This document shows positions 12,380 to 25,410 of a stretch of 64,000 nt of DNA, in pieces. The DNA comes from Octopus sinensis. Taxonomy: Eukaryota. The notes below the pieces were generated by a model. It was given only the letters and a program-made list of their open reading frames with translations, ran no database searches and was not told where the DNA came from. The position numbers and the translations under genes were made by a program. Position 1 is the stretch's first letter; every line of letters starts with the position of its first letter. The stretch lies in assembly GCF_006345805.1 (NCBI RefSeq), contig NC_043015.1, positions 7,936,001 to 8,000,000 on the forward strand. Reading direction: 5' to 3'.

Positions 12380-13260
12380 CAGTTGGTGTTACAAAAATCA
12401 AAAATCTCTTAAGTTTGAGAAAAAATGCCGGTTTAGTCAGCATGGAAGGTAGTAATAAGGACCTTTTACTGGGCTGCAAAGAAAGACGGGAGAAATGTAG
12501 AAGCGTATGCTTAAATTCAGAAATCGAAATGTTTGCGATAATTTCAATTCTTTAGTGAGTGAGCTACGCTAAATATATGAAGGAATTACATGCTGGTGTT
12601 AAATTGGACGAAGGCTTAAGTCGACTACCCAAGCAAATCGTGACATTTCTCAAATCAAAATCTATAGAGCTCGAAGAATAAACGTAATGCAACAGGCTTG
12701 ACAATTTCTCAGTTCCGCAAACACTGCGCTATGGATTATAAAAATTTTATTAACTCCGTAAACAATAAAACCAAAAATAAATCACGACGCTATCGGGGCT
12801 GTCGATACATTCTTCCTTCAAGTACTACTGCATTGTCTGTAGCAGTTTGCCTATGCAAAACCTTGCCATGACTAACAGATGTTGGTTTTACCTTATCTAC
12901 ATATCATATATGTATCATAAGCACTCTCTGAAAACACTTCCTTCGAAGATTAGAAATACGTTTTGCAAGCAATAAGATAAAGAAATATAAACTTCAAAAT
13001 ACGATGGACCTCACCAATAAATGTAACATAGAGAAACTATTGTATACATGTTTCTCGAACATACTCTAGGCTTGCTAAGTATCTCCATTATATTTTTATT
13101 AACTATAAGGAAATAGCGTTAATTTCTCGTTTCGAAAATGTTAAATTTAACATATTTGATGTTTTAATAAATGGAAAACATATTTTGCTAAAGATTTCTT
13201 GAAGCGCATTTTGGTGTATTTTACCTCAAAATGGAGTGCATTTGTGTTAGCAAACTGTAA
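12380..13260 (+). mobile_element. Highly decayed Tc1/mariner-superfamily transposon
   Basis: TA|CAGTTGGTGTTACAAAA resembles a left TIR. Broken frames give SEI..IS..V...KYMKE..G...LD...SRLPKQIVT, TLRYGL*KFY*LRKQ and NKSRRYRGCRYIL, colinear with Tc1/Tc3-like HTH regions. A weak right TIR-like ...caaactgTA lies near 13260. Confidence 0.45.
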
Positions 13261-14784
13261 TGCTAGATTTATATCCCGATGCACTCAAGGCTTCTAAAAT
13301 TAAATGTACTAAAATGTGTCAACAATGATCTTTATTTTTGCCAACATGCCAATTCCTGTTCAGAGAAAATCCAGAAGTTTGGGATTGCCACATGATAGCG
13401 CTATGTCACAAATGGCTTCAAATAGCTGACTTAATATGATTCATATCCCCAGTGACAGAGCTGTTGTTGACTTGTTCAAAAATAATTATTTTCGTGGTAG
13501 AGGAACAAAGCATTTGCTTTAGAATATTGGTCCTCGATTACCAATATTGTTTCGCTCGTATTTCTGACCTGCGTATGAGTGCAAATACGTAGCAAAACAG
13601 AATATGTATTTCTGTTTGTGAACGAGTGATTGTGTGTGTGACAGAGAGAGAGAGAGAGAGAGAGAGAGTGAGAGAGAGAAAAAGAGAGTGAGAGTGAGAG
13701 AGAGAAACAGAGAGAGTGAAAGAGATAGATAGAAAGAGAGTGAAAGCGAACGTGTGTGTGAATGAGAATGGGAGAATACTTTGTGTTTGTGTGCGCACGC
13801 TTACATGTAATCTTTATATATATAAAACTGGGAATGTGTGTCTGTCTGTCTGTCTGTGTGTGTTTCCCTAAAACTTGTGAACTACACAACCAATTTCATT
13901 CAAATTTTACACATGCCTTACTTAGGGTCCGGGGAGTGTCATCGGCAAAAAAATTAACTTTTTGCCTAGAGCGAGCCCATAGCAATATCATATATTCTCC
14001 ACTATTTCAGTATTACGTGTTAAAAGTGAAACCAAAACATTTCTCTATTTTATGTCATACTTTCACTTTAACAATAAAAGTAATAATATCAATTGAATTA
14101 TATGTAGTAATTAATAATTAAAATCAAACTAAAGTATAATATAATCGTAACATAACAAAAGTGAAAATAGCAATTGGTATAAAATTGCATCAATGACTTG
14201 AACTTGAATAAGTGGTTTCACATGAAGGGGAATAAATTAAAAATAAAATTAGCGTGCAGAAATGGAATAGTCCAGATGGATGATAAAAAATTAAATTTAA
14301 GAAAAGACTTGTCTACAAAGTATACAACGTAGAGAAAAAAGAAGACTTGAACCCATGGAGAAAAGCACCTTTGAAAATGTCTTGGTGGGTCTATGAAAGG
14401 TATCTAATCAGAGGCGGTAAATTCGCCACAATAGAAGCAAGGTTCGAGTCAACGGAGCGTGCAAGGGAGTACTCGACTCGAACTTGCAAACTGGAAATAT
14501 TTTATTTCTGCCTTTATATCTGGGACGTAGGACATCCCGGAAAAAAATTTAAAATGCCCCCCACCGAAGCAGAGGTAGGCTGGATTGTAGCCACACTTCT
14601 ATACAAGAGGGAGGACAAGATACAATTGATCAAAATTACAAGAGACGGGCTAACAATTCCAGTCTGTTATATATTTTGAGTATTGTTATCACTAGCGATT
14701 TCAAGATATAACTTTGTATTTTGTATTTTATGTGTAGATGTATATATATAGATGTACATGTAATATATACACATATATACATGC

Positions 14785-14826
14785 ACTAGCACTATGACCC
14801 GGCAACGACGGGTCTTTAATTCTAGT
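14785..14826. mobile_element. Helitron-type 3' terminus (hairpin plus CTAG)
   Basis: GACCCG-gcaacga-CGGGTC hairpin (14796-14814) with CTAG|T on both sides. 17 of 19 nt match the end of the Helitron at 44173. Confidence 0.65.
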
Positions 14827-15242
14827 ACACTAATATACACAAGTATAAAAAAAACTAGCGTTTACATATATCGAAAGAGAACACAAAAACTACAAACGTT
14901 CAAATTCAATAGGCGAAAGACCTATGCAAATATATTTCCTTTCATAGCAGCGGAGATTTCGGCACCTATAAAGTGCTAATAAGGTTTCGTAGATGTGGTT
15001 ATACAGCCCAGCACAAACTCAGGGTTCTTTGAGATAATATTTTCTGCTAGGATATCGGGTTATTTAGAACGATTCATTCGTAGGTAAACATAAAACTATC
15101 TTTGTATTTTCAGCAGATTTCCATGAAGTGTGGTAAAAGTCACAACAAAGTTGAATTATAACAGAAAGTAAAATTTCTTCTGTCAATGAAAGAACTTGTT
15201 TCATAACGTTGTCCGTATTCTTAATACCATTAGTGTGTATAA

Positions 15243-15435
15243 GGCGGCGAGCTGACAGAATCGTTACCACGCCGTGAAAAAGGGTCAGTGGCATTTTGTC
15301 CGTCTTTATGTTCAGGCTTCAAATTCTGCTGAGGTCAACTTTGTATTTCATCCATTGGGGGTCGAGGAAATAAGTACCAGTTGAACTCCCTCCACCGAAA
15401 TTGCTGGCATTGTGCCAGAATTTCAAACCAGTATT
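15243..15435 (+). mobile_element. SINE (ggcggcgagctggcag family), diverged and internally deleted
   Basis: ggcggcgagctgacagaatcg...gaggtcaactttg...aagtaccagttg...aaattgctggcattgtgcc. Confidence 0.85.
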
Positions 15436-15454
15436 AATTCTGCGCAAAAGACAA

Positions 15455-15925
15455 TGAGGTGGTAGAATCTTTAGCGCATGGAAGGCGGTGAGCTGGCAGA
15501 ATCGTTAGCACACCGGGCAAAGTACGTTGTGGTATCTCGTCCGCCGATGCGTTCTGAGTTCAAATTCCGCCGAGGTCGACTTTGCCTTTCATCCTTTCGG
15601 GGTCGATAAATTAAGTACCAGTTACGCACTGGGGTCGATATAATCGATTTAATCCCTTTGTCCTTGTTTGTCCTCTCTATGTTTAGCCCCTTGTGGGCAA
15701 TAAAGAAATAAGAACCTTTAGCGCATGTGTAAAAAAAGAAGACAAAATAAAATAAACGGCATTTCTTCCGTCTTTACATACTGAGTTCAAATGCTACTAG
15801 TGTCGAATTTGCTCATCTACTTTTACGCGGTCGTTAAAATAAGTACCATTTGAACTCTATGTTCAATGCAATCGACTTACTCTTCCTACGAAATTGCTGG
15901 TTTGTGCCTAACTGTGAGACCAATA
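15455..15925 (+). mobile_element. Old SINE of the same family, interrupted by a younger copy
   Basis: Head gaggtggtagaatctttagcgcatg (15456-15480) resumes after 15727 as cggcatttcttccgtctttacatactgagttcaaat...aagtaccatttg...aaattgctggtttgtgcc. Confidence 0.7.
15481..15710 (+). mobile_element. Young full-length SINE with target-site duplication
   Basis: Complete head to gggcaataaagaaata tail. Flanked by agaa(t/c)ctttagcgcatg at 15464-15480 and 15711-15727. Confidence 0.93.
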
Positions 15926-17062
15926 TCATTTCTGTATATACAAATGAAGAATTGACTACCATGTACGTTAAGTTCGCGTAAAAATATTTCGTTACCATAA
16001 AGAACACTTGATGATAATTAAAATGCAATGTAAATAAACGTATTATATAATAAATCTTCATCCGATCGAACGTTATTTTCTTTCTCTCTCTGTTAACCCG
16101 TAAGACTCTGAATGATACTTGCTTACGGTCTTGAAACTTTCTAGTATGTTTGTCAAAACAATCCAAACAAATATCTGAAGAATACTTAGAAGAATTCACA
16201 TTCAATAGAATTATCATTATTTGCCGTCCATAACTTCTATATGAAAGACGTCGGAGAATATTTTTTCATGCAAAAGTCTTTATTTGTACAGCATAAATAA
16301 AGCAATTCAAAAGACAAAGCATATATATACAGAATTTATATGAAAACAAATAAAACAGATCTTCGCTTACACAAATGCACACATAAAAACCACATATACA
16401 TATGCGATAGTAGACAGATTCACTGATACACACTTATAATATGTGTGTACGTGTGTGTGTCTGTGTATGGAAAACTCTATAAACAAGTATTGTATGTTCA
16501 CTTATACATTAAATTAAACATGTTGAGAAATTCTTATCAGCCGGCACAAAAAGAAATTTGATGGATTGATGTATGTTGTATGTATGACAAGCATTTTCAG
16601 CTGATTATCCCCAAATTTTCATCTACATTTTATCACTTACCTTTCTGTCTTTCTGTTTGATTGAATATTTCTCTGCTATCATGCCAACGACAAGTGTATT
16701 TCATTCTTTTATCATACTGCTTGCCGAATATATTTATCGTCTAGTCGTTAATTCTAAGTTGCCCATCCATTTATATTTAGCAGACCGGTTTTCGTGTTGC
16801 CAACACGTTTCTCTGATCAGCATGCATAATAGTTCCCCAGTAGTACGGATATCCATACATGATTCCCGAATGACATTCTCCTTTTCATATAAGTTATCTA
16901 TCTTAATGTACTAAATACACCGTTCAACTTTTACACAAATACAAATAGCATAACGCAAGAATCTCATGCTTGCATACATACTCAATAAGTTACCAAGAAA
17001 TATTCATAAACACACACACACATATATCTATGTATCTATATATACTGGCACACACTAATGTG

Positions 17063-17120
<58 letters not shown>

Positions 17121-17550
17121 TTATAATATTGTAAATAAAACGTGAAAATCAGACAAGGTTGGAGTTCCTTTTATTAATATATTCTTCTATACACAATCAC
17201 ACCCACCCATATATATATATACCACTTTGTGTATTTTAAAATATTGAAAAAGATATTATTTTCTAACAGGCTTCGGGAAAATACAACACATGCATACAAA
17301 TAATATGAAAGTTTACGAAACAAATATAGAACATAACTCTACGCGGTAACTCTTACGAAATAGAGCGGGCTATCAAATCTTCCTCGAATCTCATCCTATC
17401 ACTTTAATTTAAGAAAACACATACTGGACCATGTAGTCCTACAAAACAAATCCCATTTGTTTTGACCCGGTACGAATCAAAGACACTGGCGAACACATAC
17501 ACAAGTAAGTTACGTTAATATTAATATGTTATGAATATATCGTAATACTA

Positions 17551-17757
17551 AGGTAGCAAGATGATAGAATCATTGGACAAAAGGCTCAGCGTCATTTCGT
17601 TCGTCTTTACGATCTGAGTTCAACCCCACTGAAATCGATTTTGCCTTTTATCTTTGAGGGTCGATTAAATAAGAGTCATTTGAATAATGGGTGTAAATGT
17701 AATTGATTTACACCCACCACCGAAATTGCTGGCCCTGTGAGAAAATTTGGAATCAAA
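17551..17757 (+). mobile_element. Old SINE (ggcggcgagctggcag family)
   Basis: tagaatc...tcatttcgttcgtctttacgatctgagttcaa...gggtcgattaaataag...aaattgctggccctgtg. Confidence 0.75.
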
Positions 17758-18365
17758 ACTCTCCAAGACTGTTAACATTTCGATGATTTTTTGGAAAATA
17801 CAATCAATCTTTTGAACCCTTCGTCGTTCTCTAAAATGAACATTGCTTGGTTTGATCTACGAAATTTTCTAAGGACCAAAGGTTCGTCTACATTTGAATA
17901 ACTACTCAGCCTGCATCGGGACACAACGTGTACTAGATGTACGGTGTACCATAATAAAAAGAGCGAAAAAATTTACGAAAGAGAGAGAAAGGGAAATAGA
18001 AATGAGGAAGACAGACATCTAGCTCAAGCTAAATTACTAAATCCCGGAGATATATATGAGAAAGTTGACTGCAACTAGTTTTGAACTCATAATATGCTCG
18101 TTAAAATAACTCTTCCGTACTATTCTGCTTTCTATTAAACCGAGGAAAATAAAAGTGTCATCATATTATAGAACTTTAGCAAGCTCTATTGCATTCAATG
18201 TAATACATATAAATAGAAGCAGCCATCTATATAGGTTTATAAAGCAATATATTTCTAAGGATTTTCTTCTATTGAGGCTTTGAGTTATATTGAAAGATGT
18301 TGGCCGAAAAATTAGTAGAATTATACCCAAGAAGATATAGCTTTTACTTCCTTGCAAGTGGCAGG

Positions 18366-18470
18366 AATATTGATTTCAAATTTTGGCACAAGGCCAGCAA
18401 TTTCGAGGGATGGGCTAAGTGGATTAAATCGACCCTTCTGTTTAACTGATGCCTGGTTTATCGAACTTGG
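18366..18470 (-). mobile_element. SINE 3' fragment
   Basis: aatattgatttcaaattttggcacaaggccagcaatttcg...; forms an inverted pair with 18784-18866. Confidence 0.8.
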
Positions 18471-18744
18471 CAGAATGATAGGCATTAGTTGTATAATTAA
18501 ACAGTGTCAGACATGTATGACGAGTAATTTTCGGAACGTTACATGTTTTCCAAAATTTTTCAGTTTGAAACAGATGTAAAGTTGCAGAAAATCTCTGAAG
18601 GTGGGTGTATGTATCAGAAAGATTGTATTGCCGATCTATTCTCATTCTTCAAATTTACCTAATTTCCACCTAAGTCCTAACTGTAGTCATGAGGATGTGG
18701 TGGAAGTGTTACAGGATATAAAAGATTAGCTAACAACTGCATAT

Positions 18745-18866
18745 GCAGATCTCAGCTGATGTCGACTTTGCCTGTAATCCTGCCAGTTGAACACAGGGGT
18801 CGATGTAATCGACTTAGTCCATCCCTCGAAAATGCTGGTCTTGTACCCAAATTCGAAATCAATATT
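18745..18866 (+). mobile_element. SINE 3' fragment
   Basis: gtcgactttgcct...cagttgaacacaggggtcgatgtaatcgac...ttcgaaatcaatatt. Confidence 0.8.
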
Positions 18867-20282
18867 TCTGCGACTTGCAAGGACGTAGGAGCTATATCTT
18901 CTTAGGTATAATTCTAATAAGTTTTCGCCAAACATTTTTCAAAAAACATTGAAGACAGAAACATTTATTATAAAAAATGCATATTTACCAAGGTGATGTA
19001 GTTCAAGGTTTCTCAGGAACGTACGACTGCTATAGAGAATTCTTAATTATGCATATATGCCTATATTTATAAACATCAGCGTGAGGCTGATATTTATGAT
19101 ACTCACTCGATACATAAATTTTAAACTAATCCCGTTGTGCACTGTAAGAATATGCGAATGCATTTAGAAATAACCAAACGCTTACACTAAAAGATGATCA
19201 ACAAGAAGCAATCATATAAAGAAAACAGGAAATTAGAAGATGTGAGTCAAAAAGTTGGCACGTAGGATATAGAGAGTGAAAACAACCGTACAAAATTAGC
19301 TAAATATTTCTACTGTTTTTTTCTTTCTCTGATTATATATCTACTCATTTGTTTATTTACATGTACAATTAATCCGCTCACCAAAGTTTTATCTTTGTGA
19401 TTTCATGCGATGTTAATAGGCGAAACAGTCTTATCGGGTAGTTTTCTGTTTTTGCATTTTACTGCTAATGTATCTATGCATAATGCATACGTGTTGTTTT
19501 CTAAACGCTGAATCAAGATCCCAGTTATATGAAAACAACCAATTTGTTCATATTATATTCTCAATATGAACGCATTTCATATGAATATGGAAGCCAACGC
19601 ATTGTGCAATTTCAAACTTCTATTTATTAAGGGATTCACTTGCTATAAGAAATTATGTATACTTTGGATCACGAGGTATATATTCGCGAATATTATTGCT
19701 ATTTTTCTTGCTTTGGCTAATACTACTACTACTATTATTATTATTATTATGCTAATTCTTTTGCCTTGTAGCAGAAAAGAAGTAATCTTAGAAGCAGTGA
19801 TGGTGGTTTTAGTAATATTAATATTGGTAAAAGCTGTAGTGGTATCTTTAGTAGTATTAGTAGTAGTAGTAGTAGTATATCAATATCGAGCAGGACTTTA
19901 AAGTTATTCGAATAAAAGTTCAAAAATATAATATTAATGATTAGCATAAATACTTATTGCACGAATTCATATTGAATTTCTATCTTTTCTTCCCTCTTGG
20001 CACACAATATGGCTCCGTAATGCTGACTTATGACTAAATACCAATTATTACGGTTAGAATTATAACGTTTCATAACATTTGTCATGCTCATGGTGACAAG
20101 AGCTGTATATATTCACATTGGTTGACAAATATCTGCAGAGACACACAAAACCATTTCACCACCACCCCAGACAACTCCAAACAACACACCAACATACCAC
20201 ACCACACTACATAACACCAGCCCACACACATTAGCACTGGCCGCTTCCCAGCGCCTGCACCATCATCCACACACATACATAT

Positions 20283-20314
<32 letters not shown>

Positions 20315-20454
20315 CAATGCCACTAGCTCTTTTCCTGACGCACACACACACACTCATACATGCTCTCACATACACACGCAAGCGCTCCTTCATTCTGGGA
20401 TCACCACTACCTTATTATCTCCCCCTACTTGCTAGCTCTCCCGTGTGACATTTC

Positions 20455-20640
20455 TGTCCGGCATTCACCATGATAGATCGCAAGCCACTATACATTTTTC
20501 GGTTTTCTCTCCCTGTTTATTTCTATGTTCCTTTCTAGCTCGAAACGTAAAAGACTTTCTCACTTCCTGAGCGTTAAACTAATACACCTCTCGATGTTGT
20601 TTATACGCCCATCTTCCTCTTTTGTTTATTTGTAAATTCT
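20455..20640 (+). mobile_element. Penelope-like repeat remnant, related to 56057-56268, with the 5' half of the hammerhead core deleted
   Basis: cttt-ct[...]a-GCTC-GAAA-CGTA-aaag, then TTCCTGAGCG...ACTAATAC and tcttttgtttatt. Ends at a TC/TA microsatellite. Confidence 0.6.
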
Positions 20641-20729
20641 CTCTCTCTATAGATATATATATATCTGTCTGTCTGTCTGTCTAGCTACACTATAAATCTA
20701 TTCTATATCTATTTATCTGATTCTCTCTG

Positions 20730-20844
<115 letters not shown>

Positions 20845-21397
20845 GGAGGATGTGTGTATATATACTTATCTATAATCATATATATATATATATATATATA
20901 TAGATAGATAGGTAGAGAGAGATGCATACAAATATACACACATCACCATACCACACACCACCATATCACACCACACGGCATGAATACGTACCAACACACA
21001 CATATCTATCATTTTGTTGAGAGTCATTTCACTTGAAGCAAAATTATGAGAACAACACCGACAAAATGAAAGAATTACTATTTGATTGGGTCGAACGTAT
21101 AGTGTCGAATACAAAACTAATACCTAAAATTTTTCTATCATTAAAGAGGTGTTTTTCATGGCCTAATATCGGTCACGTTCCACCTCGTAAAGGAAAGTTG
21201 CTCGGAAACATGGTAGGAGAATTCAGGATTCGAGTTACTTTCATGATATTTCTGATTGTCCAGAGATGAGCCGGTGCTAAAGAACAATATTTCTGCAGAA
21301 CGATGTCTATACTGTATAGTTTTCTGACAAATAATTACATCAATGCATGAATTTCTCTTTCTCATTATTTGCCAAAAATTTATTTTTATATTCGCCG

Positions 21398-21448
<51 letters not shown>

Positions 21449-21449
21449 T

Positions 21450-21481
<32 letters not shown>

Positions 21482-21735
21482 AAGAAAACAAATGAACTAA
21501 ACCGTGAACGAGAAATACATAAATACGATCATCATATATTTATACACTAAATAGTGCGGAGTTGATTATATTTATCGATTTAGTGTACTTAATTAATCAT
21601 GGAATTAAAATAATAGACACAAAGTACATCATAGTAGGTACTGCAACATAGTGGCGTATTTTGGCATTTTCCCCACTTTAAGCTCATTCACTTTTTAGCT
21701 GTGTAATGTATTAGAAAACCAAACCAAAAGCGTAA

Positions 21736-21766
<31 letters not shown>

Positions 21767-22254
21767 ATAATAATAATAATAATAATTATAATAATAATAA
21801 TCTTCGGAGAACTGTTTTAGTTTTGGTTCAATTAATGAAAACCTTCATCCCATTCATTTCAATCGAATCATATGAGTTTGCACATGCGTCCTGAAGCTCA
21901 TGTTTCCATCATAACACTATACTTATTGATTCTTCATCGGAATGAAAAGAAAAAAAACAAAAAAAAAACAAGCAAACAAAGAAATATCAAACATACGTTT
22001 GGTGTTGCTACAATTCAAACAGAGCTGTTAATAGTATTAAGGAAGTTCCTTCTGTTTCATTTATTTGATAATCAACTGGTAACGGTTATCATGAAAATGA
22101 CATGAAAAGTATGACTCAAGATACTATATTGATTCAACCGTAATTTAGCTTTTATGTTTGTTTTTTCTTCTTCTTTTTTCTGTGATACACAATACACATA
22201 CGCACATTCACGCACGCGCGGACACACACAACTATTCAGATACATTTATATATA

Positions 22255-22287
22255 CGAATATATGTATGTATATATATATATTATATA

Positions 22288-22340
<53 letters not shown>

Positions 22341-22433
22341 ATATGTGTGTGTGTGTGTTATATATATATATATACACATATATATATATATGTGTGTGTA
22401 TATATAATATATACACATATATATATATATACA

Positions 22434-22471
<38 letters not shown>

Positions 22472-22473
22472 CA

Positions 22474-22510
<37 letters not shown>

Positions 22511-22562
22511 CTATATACATACATATATATATATACATATATATGTGTGTGTGTGTGTGTGT

Positions 22563-22601
<39 letters not shown>

Positions 22602-22633
22602 CTATATACATATATCTATATCTATATACATAC

Positions 22634-22664
<31 letters not shown>

Positions 22665-22705
22665 TATACACATATACACATATTCATATATATATACATA
22701 TATGT

Positions 22706-22743
<38 letters not shown>

Positions 22744-22760
22744 ATGTGTGTACATGTGCT
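22255..22760. repeat. Compound (TA)n/(TG)n/(CA)n microsatellite of about 500 bp
   Basis: Direct reading; it accounts for the long ORFs 22154-22818. Confidence 0.98.
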
Positions 22761-23529
22761 TGTTTATTTCTTTCTCTGCTGTTTCCACTTTATTACTTCT
22801 ATAGAATTAAATGAATGATTGGTAGTGAATTAAACACCTATTTTTATTTACATTTATTTTTTTTCTTAAATTTTTCCCCTTTGATATAACATTTCTAAAG
22901 TGTAAATGATCAAGCTACATGCTATATTTTTTAACCTTTTCATCGCTCTGCTAGCGAAGCAACCCAATGCTTAAACTGTAACTATGGAAGGCTTTACTGT
23001 GAAACCGCTTATTTTAATTTTCTTTCCTTCATTTGTCTAATACTCTTCTTCTTTCTCCTTTCTCCATCCCCTGTCGTAGATGTTTGTTTCCTTGTTTTCT
23101 CCTCCTTATATTTTTCTTCTTTATTTGTAGACTCTTCTCGGTTAAGTTCGCAACGTTTTATATAATTTACCCTATTTTTAAATTAGATATTTGCATTTAA
23201 TATTCATACATTTCATAAGATATTGAACATCATCTACTTTCCATTTGTTATATTTTGATTTTAAAGCAGACCTACCCAGCTGTATCGTCCCTCTTACACA
23301 TCTTGGTTCCAATAACAGATAAAATGTAATATAGTGGTGAGTACATTATTTAAAGCAACAAGGAAAGTGGATGGCAACTCAGTAAGGTACTGTTAGTCCT
23401 TTCATGGGATAAATATGAAGAAGCGATATATATATATGTGTAGTGAATGAAATAGAACTATATGCAATGAATGTTACCTTCCTGTGACCGTTCTCTTCAT
23501 TCGTAGCTACACATATCAAGTAATGTTTA

Positions 23530-23800
23530 ACCCTTATTTCAACTACTCGCGCTATCCGAATGGAAATTTCTATGCAGTTTCCCATAAAAATAAGGCCAAA
23601 AACGTAGACATGCACGCCAAGTAGTGCATGAGTTCAAAAGAAGGACAGAGGATTCGTAGGGAATTCTTGGTCAGCTATGATGATCGACCTCGAGTTCAAG
23701 AGAATCACCACGTTTGCCACGAACACAGAACATTCTCATCTTCTGCTTCAACCCAGCTCGATCATATAAAAATCTCAAGCTTTCCAGACATACATAACAC
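23530..23800 (+). pseudogene. Possible decayed RTE-type LINE endonuclease start
   Basis: Broken frames give IST.TRAIRME, VVHEFKR...GILG and VQE.HHVCH, loosely resembling ISTxNxRTI...ILGIQEHR.VH. Weak; ambiguous with a host exon. Confidence 0.25.
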
Positions 23801-24738
23801 ACATCTACAACTCAGCAGACCAGCCATCAGAAAGTAAGCTTATTTGTGTCAATGCAGAAAACAATGCCATTCATTAATCACAATATTATGTTTGATTTTA
23901 TGTTAGAAACATATATCCAAACGACTACTACTTGTTTTCTTTTATTGGTTAGTGAATTTAGGACCATATCAACTAATACCACGGAAGCCATTAGAAAGAA
24001 TTGTGGTATATTGTACATAGTATGAGCTATCATTCATCAACGGCAGAAAGGACATAAAAGGAATCTATATATTATTAATTGTGTAGAATATTTAAAATGT
24101 TGTGAAACAATTTATATCAGTCTATCTACATTCGTTTGTGTATGCGTTTGTGTGTGATTGTATGTGCTCATGTGTGTATGTATGTATATATAGATATATC
24201 TAAGCGTATCTAAGTCTTTCTTTATTGTGTGTGCGAGTGTATATGCATAAGTAATAATTGCTTTCAAAGTTTATGTATGTAAATTACATGAATATTTTAA
24301 TATATATAATTCATCAGTTATGCTTTTGCTAAATTTGAATTTTTAAGTGTAATCTCTCATATGTAAATAATATATATTTGGTATTCAAAATATTTATTGG
24401 AAAAAATCGATAAGACTTTTTAAATTTGTAGGAAAAAATAAATATGAATTATATTCATATTTTATCAGTTTCATATCACTTTGATACACATGACCATGGA
24501 CATGCACACAATACACACGCGTGTATATAAATGCACTCATAGACTTACATGCTAGTATGCGTACATCTATGCTTTATATACAATTAAAGTAAACTAAATA
24601 TGTTTCATGTTCTGAATTCCATGTAAAATTTTGGAGTCGAAACTGAAATATATATACCATTCTTCTATCATGGCACCACAATGGCACATGTCAACATGTC
24701 TGCACGCCCACTGACTCACTCACAGACACACACATATA

Positions 24739-24991
24739 GGATAAAACTCTCTTTGCCCTTCCGAGGCACGAGAATGTATACCATGACTCTCCTCTCTCTG
24801 CCACCCATGTTGTCCAAGCGGAAGGTAAAAGCCAACACAGCCTGGCACCAGTGATGTTACTATTTATTTCTACAGCTGAGTCACCTGGAGGAAAGGGAAC
24901 TACAACGTCTTGTTCTAGAGTACAACACACAGCCCGGTCCAGGCATGGAGCCCATGACCCCACCTTTGTAAGCTCGATGCTCTAACCACTG
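24739..24991 (-). mobile_element. tRNA-derived SINE with a third tail type
   Basis: Minus strand cagtggttagagcatcg...ctggaccgggctgtgtgttgtactctagaacaag...cctccaggtgactcagctg, then a tail resembling 37884-38020. Confidence 0.7.
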
Positions 24992-25079
24992 TCAGCTCGA
25001 TGTCTTGACAACTAGGCCTTGTGGCTTCACACACACCCTTTTTAAAAATATTCCCTTTTTTATTTTATCTTTTTTTCCT

Positions 25080-25410
25080 TTTTCATTATTTCAATCATTT
25101 TACTGCACTCAATGTTGGGGCAGAACCTTGCAGAATTTCATTCGAACGAATTGACCCCCAAAACTATTTTTTAAAGCTTGGTACTTATTCCATCATTACC
25201 TGTTGCTGAAGTTACGGGGATTAAACCCACTAACACCGGCTGTTATGTGGTGGATGGAGAGAAACATAGGAAGTAAATTTACACAACAGTACACATATTT
25301 GTACATGTGTTCGTCGGGTTTCCTTTAGTTTCCCTCTACAAATCCACTCGCAAGGCATTGGTCAGCCCCAGCCTAGAACATTCTGGTTGGGAAAGAAACA
25401 TCTTGCCACA
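25080..25410 (-). mobile_element. Old SINE (ggcgcaggagtggct family)
   Basis: attgaccccca...aagcttggtacttattc...taacaccggctg...aaatccactcgcaaggcattggtc. Confidence 0.65.

Noticed and set aside
14347-14679. 110-aa ORF
   Set aside because: No recognisable domain, TTG start, and it lies in hairpin-rich repeat-like DNA next to a Helitron end.
19980-20146. Strong minus-strand acceptor (ctctgcAG) followed by accATG
   Set aside because: All frames from the acceptor stop quickly and the ATG frame is short; unsupported.
22154-22818. Longest ORFs in the track (216 and 218 aa) and similar Y/I/C/V/H/T-rich ORFs elsewhere
   Set aside because: These are translations of dinucleotide microsatellites, which lack stop codons by composition.
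23628-23837. ORF MSSKEG... ending at a GTAAGC donor-like site
   Set aside because: No homologue recognised, and the same DNA gives weak LINE-endonuclease-like fragments. Cannot be decided without a search.
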